This document shows positions 33,981 through 47,300 of a stretch of 64,000 bases of DNA, in pieces. Source of the DNA: Octopus vulgaris (taxonomy: Eukaryota); NCBI GenBank assembly GCA_951406725.2, contig OX597816.1, positions 78,554,001-78,618,000 on the forward strand, in the 5' to 3' direction. The notes under the pieces are model-generated. The model was not told the DNA's origin and made no database searches. It saw only the letters and a program-made list of their open reading frames with translations. Positions within the stretch are counted from its first letter, which is position 1. Each line of letters starts with the position of its first letter. The position numbers and the translations under genes were made by a program.

Positions 33981-35050
33981 AGAAACATAAGAGTAAGTAT
34001 AAGAGACATTTGACATGGTGTAGACCTGTGATTAGTAGTAACTTTTGTATTGCTGTATGAGGCTAAATGAAAGGTAACCTGTGGTTGGCAGAGACATCAA
34101 AATGGACTTGCAAATCCTAAAGACCCCTGAAAACCACAAAGCCATCCTGGAACTGTATCTAGTAAGTAAAGAGGTGCTGAGACAAAGAACTTGTGACTGA
34201 TGGTACCAAATAGAAAGCTTAATTGTTACATTTGTCAGAGTAAAATATACCTTAAATCTAAGTGCACAGAAGAACTGGGAAAAGTAATAAAAATCGTCCA
34301 CAGCATCAGAAAGAGCAACAAGCCCTAGTTTCCTGAATACCACCAGCCAAAGTTCTGGAGATAGCAAAAGAAATCTCTTTAAGCCCTGTATCACATACAG
34401 ATGATAAAATGCTTTGTCTCCTAACAATGCCATCATGCTATGAAGAAGACATAATTACAGATGAAATTATGAAGGAAAAAAGGAAAAAAATCACAAAAAC
34501 AAACATAATACAATGGAAACATGAGTTGGACGAATTTCTTAAAAACAGTAACAAAATCTCTCATCAGGAGAAAAATGAAGAAAATGCAGAGGTTGAAAAT
34601 GAACTAAGCATCACTATTCTTTAAAAAAATCAAACTAACAGTTGATAGACAGAATTACACACATCTAGTGGCAAGGACTCTCTAAAGAAGTCATAATAAT
34701 ACAAACACAGTTAGGCACAGAATACAAACAACACACAAAAGATATTTTGTCAAACTTTAAAAAAAAAGAACACTTTCAAGATGTTTGTGTATCTCAGTAC
34801 CAAATATCTCAAAAAAGGGTTTACTGGTGCATCTGGTCATACTAGACTGCAGTTTGAGAAATGGTTATGTGAATAGGCATATAGAGTTTTCAACTCAACC
34901 TAGTCAGGAAATCTTTCATGTCATGTTTCTTTAAACTATATCTTGTTTTAATTACTGTATGTTTTATTGTACATTTTGAATTTATTTCAGAGCAAATACA
35001 TTGATGAGTATTCATATATATATGTATATGTATGAAAATGTGAGTGTATT

Positions 35051-35645
35051 AGATGAAATGTAGTTTGGGTTTTATGCTGAGGAGGAGCACTACTGATGCT
35101 ATCTTTATAGTCAGACAACTGTAGGAGAAATATTTGACTAAGAATAAACCATTGTACTTGGTTCTTGTTGACTTGGAAAAAGCCTTCGACGGAGTACCCC
35201 ACTGTGTGATATGGTGAGCTCTGAGGAAGCCAAGGGTAGATGAGTGGGTTTTGAAAGCTGTACATGCCATGTACTGAGGTTCAGTCAGGAAGATGAGCAT
35301 TAACCATGAGTACAGTGACAAATTTAGTGTATAGGTAGGTGTTCATCAGGTATCAGTTCTCAATGCCCTTCTATTCATTGTCTTACAGGCCATAACAGAG
35401 GAATTCAAGATTGGTTGTCCTTGGCAACTGCTCTATGCTGATGGTCTTGCTCTTGCAGTAAATTCTGAGACAGAACTAGAAAAGAAAATTCTGGTGTAGA
35501 AGCAAAGCATGGAATTGAAGGGCCTTAACGTTAACTTAGTAAAGACCAAGATTCTAGTGAGCAAGAAAACAGTCTGGACCCTACCCTCTTTAGGTAAATG
35601 GCCCTACTCAATGTGTAGGAAAGGTGTAAGCGGGAATTTCATATG
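35051..35645 (+). mobile_element. RTE RT fragment
   Basis: LVDLEKAFD, VGVHQVSVL, LLYADGL, KGLNVNLVKTKILV, WPYSMCRKG. Confidence 0.85.
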
Positions 35646-35699
35646 TAGTATGTCATTGTTCAACACAGCTTCAGGTCCAATCAAGCTTTCATTCTTGGC

Positions 35700-38300
35700 T
35701 CAAGCAATAACAGAGGGAAGAGAAATAAAGATTTTAGAATATAGACTAAAAAGACAAGAACCTTATGGAGAGTGTGAGCTGTATTGTTTAGTAGTATTTT
35801 TTTTGATTTTGAATTTGCTAGGATTTCCTGGGATATTTTCAGGAAAGCCATTGACTGTTTTTTGCCTTTTATAATGATCCCCAGTGCTCCAATCACAGTT
35901 AGCTTTGCTTCTGTCTTTAGGTGACACATCCTGCTTGTTTCAGTTTCTAGGCTTTTATATTTGGTAATTTTATCATATTCCTTGACAAGTACATTTTGTT
36001 AGATGGTATAGTCATGTCTGTAAATAGGCTAGTGTTGTTTTTGGTGTGTTTAACAATAATAACTCAGCAGTTGGCATTAATTGTGTGATCAGTATATAGT
36101 GTAAAGTCATAAAGGACAGTGGTGTCATTACTTCTAACTACTGATTTAGGTTGGTGTTCAAACCAGCTTTCCACATGTTTAGCACTGAGGCTTTTGTACA
36201 AAGTCCTGTGAATGTATTGGCCAACTCTGTCGTACCTGGCTTTATATTCTGTTAGAACCAGTGCTGGCCAACCTGGTGGTATATGGTTCAATTATTTTAT
36301 TATGGGCATCACAGACTCTACACATGGAGTGTGCTCCATTTTTTAAGATGTCAACTTAATAATGTTTTGTATATAGACTGTAGTCCTAGGCAGCAAGAAT
36401 GGATCCCCTGTTTCTACCTTCAGCCCTGAACTTTACAGCCACTGCTGGGTTTATGATTGATCTATATCAGCTTCCCTGGTGTTGTGTAGGTGTCAGGGGT
36501 AGACTGAGCTATTGGTCACTCAGGCACTGTTCAAGGGCCTGGAGCTCTGAGGGTCCCCCACTCTACATATTAACTATACTGAAACACACATTCAAAGGGG
36601 CCCGGTAAACAATTATGCCCAAGGGTCCTTGATATTCTCAGTCCGCCCAGCTAGGTGTTGACGATTTTTACTGCAATCTGTCTTTCAAGGTTTTAGGTCC
36701 TTCTGCTTTTGCTTTCCTCTTGTGTACTTTGACTGTCTGTGTTGATTTATGTCAGCTTTGTTAGCATTTTATATTTCTGCAAAGTGTTAATCTGCTCTAT
36801 ATTTCTCAGCTTCTTTGTTTACAGAATGGAGTTTGTTATGGGATTCATGTTCTGTCTCGAACATCCAGTTATGGTTCTTGTTTAAGTACTTCTGCAGATC
36901 AATTGTAGCTATTTTATGGGAGAGCTCTATTTGGATTACACCTCTTCCACTTTCTTCCCTTGGCAGATAGAAGTGTTCTATATCTGCCTTTGGATGCTGC
37001 ATTTAATTGATAGTTGGTAGTGTTCTGGTTTAGTCCATTCTTTGTAGGTCAGCAATGTTCCTGTTGATGACAGTGAAACCATATTATACAACAGGCACTG
37101 CTGAATTGTAAATAGATTCTATGTAGTTTTGGGAGTTCAATTCAGTTTCCAGGATCAGCTTTATTCTTCTGTAGTACTCCTTTTGAGTTTTCTCCTTCAT
37201 TTGTGTATGCTGAATACCATCATCCTCATTTATGCCATGATATTTATAAATTCTTTCTGGCTCTCATTCTTTCTTGGTTGCTTCTATGTCTGGTTGAATA
37301 AATAATGTCAGTTTTCCACCTTAGAAGTTGTTTTTGTGCATTTGTCATTATCAAAGTGCATATCATTACTGAACTGCTTTATCATTGCTAAAAGTTTTAA
37401 TTCTTAGTTATTCTTAACATACCACTTTAAATTGTTTATAAAATAGAGATGGTTGATCAGACTAGTTTTGTTATTGCTAAGTTTATATCCATACAGAGTG
37501 TTGTTTAGTTCACTTGAAAAAAGAAAAGAGTGCAACACAGAACAAAAGTGGTGAGAGTAAGTCAACTTGGATAATTCTACAGTTTTATTTTATTTTGCCA
37601 GACTTTATTGTTGTGGTTAAGACAAAGGGTTGTTGTGCACCAGGCTATATTATATCAGAGAAAATCTGAGATAGCTGAAAGGATTTTGTTTTTGTTAAGA
37701 GCTTTCAATATTCACTTATGTCAAAAGATTTCATGTAGCTTATCCATGCAGTATTCAAATTATTATTTTTTTTCTTGTGACAGTTTTCAAGAATCACCCT
37801 ATTAATGTGAAACTGATATTTAGACCCATAGGAATTTAGTTTGCCACATTTTTGTTATGGTATGACTGTGCTTTCTTCAAGGAAGGTGTACATTCTTTCT
37901 GTTAGTAGAGTCCTAAATCTGGTAAGTTTTGATGAGACTTATAATGGGTATACAGTTTCTTAGGTTTTTAGCTTGCTTTGTTTTGGAAAGAAGATACATG
38001 GTGCCTTTTGTCAACCACTTTGGAGATTTATCAAGATTCTGAATAATGATATTGAGTAATACCTTATGGATACCTGTAAGTGCATGCAACAAGTAAGTTG
38101 GTATTTGGTCTATTCCTGGTATATTCCATTTGTATGCTTTACTGAAGACCTGTCTCAGTTGTGGCACTCTTAATTGTTTCCACCTCTGTTGTCCAACTTC
38201 CTACATTATTTCATAGTCTCTAGTGATACAGGATGCTTCCCCACTGTATTCCTTTTAATTTGCTTCAAATGTTCTTCCAGAATTTCTCATCTTTCTCTGC
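35700..38300 (-). mobile_element. Decayed R4/Dong-type LINE (RT + RLE)
   Basis: PGIDQIP...PKWLTKG, HPKADIEHFYLPREESGRGV, EYKARYDRVGQYIH, WFEHQPKSV, TDHTINAN; homologous to 60149-61572. Confidence 0.85.
36494..36650. mobile_element. hAT-type MITE nested in the Dong element
   Basis: Ends CAGGGGTAGACTGAG / CTCAGTCCGCCCAG; 8-bp flanks GTAGGTGT and CTAGGTGT (7/8 identical). Confidence 0.78.
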
Positions 38301-38439
38301 TTGGTTGTTACTTTACTTCTACTTGCTGTTTCTCTGATTCTCTGTAGAACTTCTAGGTATCCAACTGGAAAATTTTGTTTTTCTATAAAACTTATTTCTC
38401 CCAACAAACACACAAGCCCAATGTGCTTTCACTTGAATA

Positions 38440-38950
38440 AACCCAGGAAGACATGGGACGAAGAAGTGAAGCATGATCTTTGAAATTTGGGCCATACAGA
38501 AGCAATGACTAGTGATTGAGACCTTTAGCAATATGCTGTGGTTGAGAAGACCCATCAAGCCAAGCGAAATTGTAGTCCTGGCTGATGCTGGTGTCATATA
38601 ACTGGCACTCATGCCAGTAACACGTAAAAAGCATCTTTTGAATGTTGGGCCTTATGGAGCCAATGACCAAGAACTTTGGCATTATGTTGTGCTTGAGAAG
38701 AAGACCCATCAAGCCAAGAAGAATTGCAGTCATGGCAGATACCGTTGTCACACAAATGGCACCTGTGTCAGTGACAAGTAAAAGCAGCACCCATTACACT
38801 CTTGGAGTGGTTGCAATTAGGAAGGGCATCCAGCCAGAGAAACCATGCCAAACTTGACTGGGGGCTGGTGCAGCCATCCAGCTTGCCAGCCTTGGTGAAA
38901 CCATCCAACCCATGCCAGCATGGACAATGGACACTAAATGATGATGATGA
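38440..38950 (+). mobile_element. RTE 3' end with duplicated ORF-terminal segment and (GAT)n tail
   Basis: PRKTWDEEVKHDL; GCAATGAC...TTGAGAAGA...CCCATCAAGCCAAG occurs twice (about 38502 and 38660). Confidence 0.85.
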
Positions 38951-38959
38951 AGTTTTATG

Positions 38960-39800
38960 ATCTCTTGATGTTATGAAGAATGTCTTAGCTAGTAATACAT
39001 TTCCTTTTCACTTTCCTCAGATTCTTGTAGAATACAGAATGGAACTTGCTGCAGATTGACAATGCATCCTTCAATTCCAATATCCTTCAACTACTTAGGT
39101 AGCAGTTTGGGTGATGTGCTAGGGGCACCAATTACCACAGGAACAATTATAACTTTTGCATTCTACAATCTCCTAATCTCTCTGGCTAAGGTCTTGATAG
39201 TTCACAATTTTCTTAGTTTCTTTGATGTCCACTCTCCTCTCATATAATACTGTGTAGTCTATGAGCATACACATTATTTTTTTGCCTTCATCTATCATAT
39301 CTGGTCTCCTTGCTTCAAATAGTATGATCAGTCTTTATGGAAAAAGCTCATAAAATCCTGTAATTATCATTCACCATCACAATCTGTGGCTCATGCCACT
39401 GTTCTGTTATTTTGAATGCACACACATGGTTTACATCCCAATATACTCTTTTACTGACACAATCATACTTGTGGATATATTCTTATTGCGCTGCCTTACT
39501 ACATTCACTTAAGAGATGCTTAATGCTTTTACCTTCTATTCCACAGTTGTCTTTACTCTCTGATTGAGTTTTATCAAACTTTGTTTGCACCAAGTGTGCT
39601 CTAATAATTTGTTTCTGAATTGCTACAATTAACAATTCTATTTTTCATTTTAGGTTTTTACCTATCATTCACAACCAGCATTTTTCACTTCCAACATCCT
39701 CGGATTGGTGCATGAAATGGCCATGTAAATGCTTCTTTCTAATTAAATGTCCTGCCATTCTTCTTTTTGCTCTTGAATTCTCTCACTGCTTCAGTGACTT
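38960..39800 (-). mobile_element. Second decayed RLE-type (R4/Dong-like) LINE 3' fragment
   Basis: Minus-strand LHGHF and VPVVIGAPST remnants matching the LHGKY and IPIIVGALG segments of the Dong copy at 60149. Confidence 0.65.
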
Positions 39801-40297
39801 TTTGGACGTCTGCAGAGAGTATTCTTTTTTCATTATGCACAAACACAATTTTTCAAAGCTTATATCAAAGCACTGATGGTGACAGCAATTAATTTATCAT
39901 CGGCAGCTAGAACTTGACTGTCAATTCCCAGTGGTTTTAATTCTTAGTGGACGTAGTATACTAACTACTGCCTTAGAGCTTTTGATGGAGATAAGGAGAT
40001 AGAAAAAATCGTAGCTATATTACCATCTCATGAGCCCCGTCATTATTCTTTTCTGCCACTAAGTTCATTCTGCTACAATAATAGCAGCATGACATTCTTT
40101 CATTCTTCAGTTCTGATGAAATATTTGTTAAAAATTATAATGCAGTATCCTGTATGTTGAAAACCTATATTATTCATCCGAAGATGGTGATATATTTTCA
40201 AATTGATATAATGCTTGCGTTGTTCGATTAAATGGAGCCGCCTGAAATGGCTGTAATGAACTAATACCTTAATCTCCTTGTTACTTATTTACTTTCT

Positions 40298-40545
<248 letters not shown>

Positions 40546-40607
40546 TATATTATCATGTACTTTCAGCAAGAGAAAGAGAGCAAGAGAGTTAGCAAAAAAA
40601 ATCTCAC

Positions 40608-40803
40608 CTTGACATTCTTTTCTCAAGAAACCAACATTCGTGAGACCAATATATTGACCCATTCCATACCCATGTGTTGCAATAAATTCAATGTCTGTAT
40701 CTTCATTTGTTACCCGAACACATCCAGATAGCCATGCAGATGATGGAGCAACACTAACTTCTTCAAACACAAGTTCCTTTCCTTTTGCAGTTTCAATCTC
40801 AAT
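40608..40803 (-). CDS. Exon: MAM domain 2, last part ([13 protein letters not shown]...AWLSGCVRV...IEFIATHG...[14 protein letters not shown])
   Basis: tttttcag| acceptor (phase 0, matching 52963), CAAG|gtgaga donor, 196 nt. Confidence 0.9.
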
Positions 40804-40849
40804 CTGAAAAATATATATATACATATTATATGATAGTTTGCATGCATAC

Positions 40850-40912
40850 ACGTGTGCACGCACACACGCGCGCACACGCGCACACACACACACACACACA
40901 TACATACACACA

Positions 40913-40945
<33 letters not shown>
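40850..40945. repeat. (CA)n-rich microsatellite, (TG)n on the coding strand
   Basis: Directly visible. Confidence 0.95.
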
Positions 40946-40946
<1 letters not shown>

Positions 40947-42020
40947 GAGAGGGATTAGCTGATCGAGAGTCTCATGGAATGTAATCAAATGAGGTTTATT
41001 TTCCAACGTAGTCCACTTGCTGTGCACACACGTCTTCCATCACTGCTGCAATGCTTGAATCCCATTGGTGAACAAGCTTTTAACCTGTTGGTCAAAAATG
41101 TCATCAAAAGTAGGTGTAACATCATTATCACTGCGACTCTGGTTTGCAGCCAAATGTTTTGTCATGTTTGAAAACAGACAATAGTCAGATGGGGCCAAAT
41201 CAGGAGAATAGGGAGTTTAAATCACAGCCAGGCTTTGCAGTCATTAAAATCAAGGACTTGTGTACTGGAGCATTGTCCTGATGAAACAAAACTCCTTTCG
41301 TCAGTTTTCTTGGGCGTTTGGCTTTCATAGCCTTTTGTAACTCTCACGGCATATTGGTGTAGCCCTTTTCAATAAACACAATCCTTTTTGCGTCCCCAAA
41401 ACTGAGGCCTTCATTTTCCCTGCAGATGAAACATCCTTGGCCTTCGCTGGAGAAAATGAGGGGTATTTCCACTGCCTGAATTATCTCTTAGTCTCTGACT
41501 CAAAGTGATGACATCAACACTCATCCTGGATTAAGAAACATCCAGGAAAACTATTTGAATCTGCCTTAAACAATGTCAGATTTTCCCGTGATGTCATCAG
41601 GTTGGTGTGCTTTTGATCAGAAACCTCTGTCATGCTGAGTTCATCGTGCAAAATATTCTCAACTTTCTCATGGGATGTGCTGATGGCATTGGCTACTTGA
41701 TCTATAGTCAATTGCCTATCATCCATTACAATCAATGTTTTCCTCGGTGATGGCACTTGCACGACGTCAAGACCTTGGGTCATCTTCAAGACTCTCCCTT
41801 TCCTCTTCTAAATTTAGCTGCCCACTTTTGTACTGCTGATCTTATAGTGTCACCCCCTAATGTATCAACAATGTCGGCATGAATGTCGTTGGGGGTTAAA
41901 AACTTTTTCTGCAGGTACTTGTTAACCCCACAATGTTGAATTATGTTCATTTGCAAGAGAAGTCATAACTACTTACTTTTAAAGTCTTTGAGAAGTCACG
42001 TGTCAGTTTGGTTGGAAAGA
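40946..42020 (-). mobile_element. Decayed mariner transposon
   Basis: LEDDPRS, VMDDRQLTIDQVA...ILHDELSM, FLIQDE, FHQDNAPVH and PYSPDLAPSDY remnants. Confidence 0.82.
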
Positions 42021-42026
42021 AACATT

Positions 42027-42776
42027 ACATCATCATCGTTGTCGTTTAATATTTGCTCTCCATACAGGCATGAGTTGGATGGTTTAACTAAGAACTAGCA
42101 AGCCAGGGAGCTGCACTAGGTTCCAATATGATTTGGCATGGTTTCTACTGCTGGATGTCTTTCCTAACATTAACCACTCCGAGAGTGTAGTGAGTGCTTT
42201 TCACGTGCCATCGACACCGGAGCCAGTTAGATAGCTTTGGCATCATCCACGCTCGAATGGTGCTTTTTATGTTCCACCGGCACGGATGTCATTCAGGTGG
42301 CACTGGCATCATCCATGCTCGAATGGTGCTTTTTATGTGTCACTGGCACGAGAGCGTCAGGTGGAACTGGCATCAGCCATGCTCTAATGGTGTTTTTTAC
42401 AGGCAGCACTGGCATTGGCCACGACTACAATTTCACTCGGTTCAACAGGTGTTCACAAGCACGGCATATCGACCAATGATAAAAGGGTGGTTTTAAATGG
42501 CCCAGTTATGCAACACTGGCATCGGCCACGACTACGATCTTACTTAGCTTGCCATGTCTTTTCAAGCATGGCATATCTCCAAAAGTTTCGGTCACTTGTC
42601 ATTGCCTCTGTGAAGTCCAACGTTCGAAGGTCATGCTTCACTACCTCATCCCATGTCTTCCTGGGTCTACCTCTTCCAAAAATTCCCTTCACTGTTAGGG
42701 TGTGACACTTCTTCAAACAACTATCCTCATCCATATGCATCACATGACCATACCAGTGCAGTCGTCTTTCTTACAC
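42027..42776 (-). mobile_element. RTE 3' end with tandem 3' UTR units
   Basis: GRGRPRKTWDEVVKHDLRTLDFTEAMTSDRNFWRYAMLEKTWQAK*, units of about 66 bp at 42194-42430, (CAT)n at 42027. Confidence 0.9.
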
Positions 42777-42979
42777 AATGCATGCAATATTTCATAGCTC
42801 TTTCATTAATCCTTCATAGTCAGCTTATGAATTTTTTTGCCCATCCTCATATGCAACATTCAGGCTAACTTTGATGATTTTTTATGTCACCTTTTTTCAA
42901 TAACAGCTTGATGTTTTGGTGAACAATCAATAGTATTGGAGAGCATGACGATTAAAGAGGTAGTTGAGAAATAGTTAGA

Positions 42980-43450
42980 TGGCATGAGGACAGGAAGCCA
43001 TCTAACTATTGGAAAAAGGTTACCAGTATCATAATTATTTGCACCAGATATTAAAATGTCAACATTATGCCTGCTGATCAATACTTTGTAAACACTGTAA
43101 AGGCTGTATGATGTGAGATGAAGATCATGGAAACCAATTTCTCCCAAACTGTGATGGTTTTTGGGTGTGTCTCTAGTGTGGGTGATGTCATTCCACTCCA
43201 CATCTTTGAATAGTGCTTTATGCTCAATTTCGACAGCTGTAGAGTGAACAGCTGTTTGAAGCTGTTGGAAACTGTGGTCAGACTCTAGCTGGAGGCAGTT
43301 GCTGCAAGAAGACCATATGTCTGGAAGCAAGATTTGGCTCCTTGCCATACTTCTGGAAAGAGTCAGAAGTGGTTGCCTGAGAATTTCTATAACTTTACTA
43401 GCCCCCATTTCTGGCCTCCTTATTCTCCTGGTTGTAATCACATAGATTAT
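42980..43450 (+). mobile_element. Second DD37D (maT-type) transposase remnant, cut by the Gypsy LTR
   Basis: YVWKQ-D-LAPCHTSGKSQKWLPENFYNFTSPHFWPPYSPGCNHI-DY, 37-residue spacing. Confidence 0.8.
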
Positions 43451-44216
43451 GTTGTAGGAAAAATCGTACACTCCATCCCACGTGACAAAGTGGGATGAAC
43501 CAGCCGCTACAAAATTCAGACAGTCAGTCGTTGTAGGAAGTCAGTAGTAGTAGAATTATCGTATGAGTTCTCAGTTGGAGCCAGTGTCGGTTACATGATA
43601 TATACGAGTTTGAGTTACTGTTAAGATAGACGCTCAAATCATTGTCTTGCGGAGCTATCAACAATAGCACAACAGATATGTCATAGATAATAAGATGCGA
43701 AATATCACCACAATATAATAGTGGCGAAAAGTATATTATTGTACCGACAACAGTTTACAAGCGGACAAAGATCCACATTATAACAGTGTCGACGAAGATA
43801 TAAACAATTCCCGCAAACAACGTTGAAAAAAAGAATTTTTTTTATGAGTAAAGCAATTTACATGGACAACAATGAAAAAATGTTCACATGGAGATATTAA
43901 AACTTCAAGAGGAGTAACAAACATTTTTATTGTATGTATTTTACGAAAACCCCGTAAAATTAGAGAAAACCTGTTAGAGGGTTTAGTTGAGTTGTAAAAA
44001 CAGCAACAACAACAATTCAAAGACCAAGAACAACAACAAATGCTATAACTAATGAAGTCGGTAACAACACTGAAAAATACCTTTTCATCAGACCATGTAG
44101 AAAATTCAATAAATGAATTTAAATATAAGTGAGAAGAAGGAATCACTTTCGAGGCATATTACCGAAGATTTGAACAAATATTCATAAAAGAATGTTAAGA
44201 CTGGACAGGCGAAATG

Positions 44217-44411
44217 AAAAACGTCAATTCTGAGGAAACTGGTGGCGGTAAAGCATGAGAAATACTGTATTTTTTCTTAAAAACGTCAATTCTGAGGAAA
44301 CTGGTGGCGGTAAAGCATAAGAAATACTGTATTTTTTCTTAAAAACGTCTAATTCTGAGGAAACTGGTGGCGGTAAAGCAGGAGAAATACTGTATTTTTG
44401 CTTAAAAACGT
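44217..44411 (+). repeat. Tandem triplication of a 62-bp unit in Gypsy gag
   Basis: Copies at 44217-44278, 44279-44340 and 44341-44403, then AAAAACGT once more. Confidence 0.97.
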
Positions 44412-46499
44412 TTCTGACATAAATTTCACGGACACAATCGACATTTTATGTAGGATATTTAGTGAAAAAGTATTGCTGTTCAATACATACTAGAAGTATT
44501 TAAACACCGAAAAAAGTGATGACGAACACTTTATTATATGTTCAGGTAGAGGGAGCAGAGAATGTAAGAGATTTAAACAAGATAAACTAACTCCAGACTT
44601 GCTCAAGTGCCTGATTTTTGTTCAAGGACTTACTGCTAAAAAGGATGCAGAAGTCAGAATGAAAATTCTCACTAATCTGGAAATGAACCAGGATATAACT
44701 CTTCAGAAATTGTTGGAAAAGTGCAATAGGATTTTAAAAGTAAGGCACGGCACAAAAAATCCACTGCAAAGATTGTTTATAAATAAAACGAGTGTGAAAA
44801 GTTTGAAGACGTATAACGGGTTGCTCAAAAAACACGATATACATCGGGAGATAAACCAATTTATGGCATGTGGTGGTAGGCACCTGAGAAAAGAGTGTTC
44901 GTTCAAAAAGGCGAAGTGTTTTCGTGTGGGAGGACCACGCTGCAGAACTGAGATAACGAAAAATTGGACCAAGCAAGAAAAAATAAATAGTTTGTCATCA
45001 GAGAAAAAAGTTTGTACAATGAACAGAAAATTCATGAAGGTGAGAATCGAAACCACTTGTGTCAAAACGCAATTAGACACAGTTAGTGACATCACTATCA
45101 TAAATGAAGAAACATGGCAAAAAATCGATAAGCCGAAATTATTTATATCAAATGAAGTAGCATATAGTGTTACAGAAAAGAAATTATATTTTATTGGCGA
45201 ATGTATTTGCAATGTAACTTTCCGAGGTGAAATGAAAAGGACAATCATTTAAACCTATTTGGTACAGAACGCATGGAATTATATAAAATGTGGGATACAT
45301 CCATTAGTGTTCTCTGTGAAAATGTAGTCGGCACGGTTAAATGTTTGAATGAAGTCGAACAACTGAGGCCAAAAAAATTTTTAATTGTTTCTAAATTTAT
45401 TTTTTTGAAGGATTAGGCTATTGTACTAAAACAAAAGTGAGGATCGCGGTAAAAGAAAAGGCAATACTTGTTTTTAGGATCACATGGAACGTGCTGTTTG
45501 CCGCGTTGGACCAGGTCAATAAAGAGCTAGAAAAACTAGAAAGTCTAGTTATAATTGAAAAAGTCGACCATTCAGACTGGGCAGCTCTAACGGTTTATGT
45601 AAAGAAAACTAAAAATTAAACTAAGAGTGTATGCGAACTTTACAACTGAATTAAATGACTGTTTACTCGAACACAACTATTCATTGACAAGCCCAGAAGT
45701 GTTCTCAAAACTAAATGGAGGAAAAATTTTCTTGAAGCTAGACCAGTAGGAGACTTTTCTACAGATACATATAGAGGAGGATTATGCACACCTTTTAACA
45801 ATCAACATACATCGTGGATTGTATAAATTCAAGCGGCTTCCTTTTGAAGTAAAAGTGGCACCTGCTATATTCTAACAAGTGGACACAATGTTAAATGATT
45901 GCGACTTCGCTATCGCTTATCTCGATGATATTTTGACAAAGAGCGAGTCAGTCGAGCAACACTTTGAGTATATTAAAAAGTATTCGGAAAAATAAATAAA
46001 TACAGGTTTAGACTAACAGACAAAAAGTGTGAACTTATGATGGAAAAATATGAAATATTTGGGTCAAATAATTGACGAAAGGGGATGAAAGCCTGACCCA
46101 CCAGGAGCAACGGCAATACAGAATAAGTCTCCCCCAATGAACGTCAAATTGTTACAAGCATTTTCAGGCTTGATAAACTACTACCAAGTATATATCCCGA
46201 AGATACACAACACAAGGGCTCACTAAACGAGCTGTTAAAAAAGGATGCGAAATGGTTTTGGTCAGAAAAATGCCAGAAAGCATTTGAAGAGCTAAAAAGC
46301 ATGTTAACTTCAGATTTGTCACTTACATACTTCGATCAGAAGTTGGAAACGATACTGGCAACAGATGCTAGTGAGTACGGAGTAGGTGCCGTACTCCTAC
46401 ACAAATGTGAAATGGCAACCAAAAGGCCATAGCTCATGCACCAAGGACGCTATTGCCAGTGGAAAAAATTATAGCCAAATTGAAAAAGAGGCATTGGCG

Positions 46500-47300
46500 A
46501 TCATCATCATCATTTAATGTCTGTTGTCCATGCTGGCATGGGTTGGACGGTTTGACCAGGGCTAGCAAGCTGGAAGGCTGTACCAGACTCCATTCTGATT
46601 TGGCCTGGTTTCTGCGGTTGGATTCCCTTCCTAATGTCAACCATTCTGAGAGTGTAATGGGTGCTTTTACATTCAACTGGTATAGGTGCCATTTGTGAGA
46701 CAACGGTATCTCCCATGACTGTGCTTTTGCTCTGCTTGATGGCTCTTCTTCTCAAGCACGATGTAATGCCGAGAGGCCCAACATTCATAAGGAACGCATC
46801 CATTTTTTGCCTCCGTGAGCCTCAATGCTCAAAAGGAACTCAGAAACTTTGCTTCCGTGAGGCCTAACGTTTGAAAGGTGCTCTTTACGTGCCACCTGCC
46901 TGGGTGCCCATTACGTGACACCAGCATCAGTCACGACTACGATTTCACTTGGCTTGATAGGTTTTCTCAAACACAGTGTATCGCCAAAGATCTTGGTCGC
47001 AAGTCGTTGCCTCTGTGAGGCTCAAAGTTCGAAGATCATGCTTCACCACCCTGTCCCATGTCTTCCTGAGTCTACCTCTACCACAGGTTCCCTCCACAGT
47101 TAGAGATCAGCACTTCTTTACACAGCTGTCCTCGTCCATCTGCATAACATAACCATACCAGCGCAGTCATCTCACTTGCACATCTCAACTTATGCTTCTT
47201 ATGCCTAATTTTTCTCTCAAGATGCTTACAACGTGTCAAACATTCACACTGACATTGCACATCCAGCAAAGCATAGTGGCTTCATTTCTTTCAAGCCTAC
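46500..47300 (-). mobile_element. RTE 3' end inserted in the Gypsy RNase H region
   Basis: Gypsy YSQIEKEALA stops at (ATC)n 46500 and resumes IIFGIKKFH near 47526; RTE ORF end and 3' UTR lie between. Confidence 0.88.

Noticed and set aside
42887-43471. 194-aa minus-strand ORF
   Set aside because: Antisense to the DD37D transposase remnant, with no domain signature.
44217-44411. 62-bp repeats as a CRISPR array
   Set aside because: Head-to-tail copies with no spacers, inside Gypsy gag.
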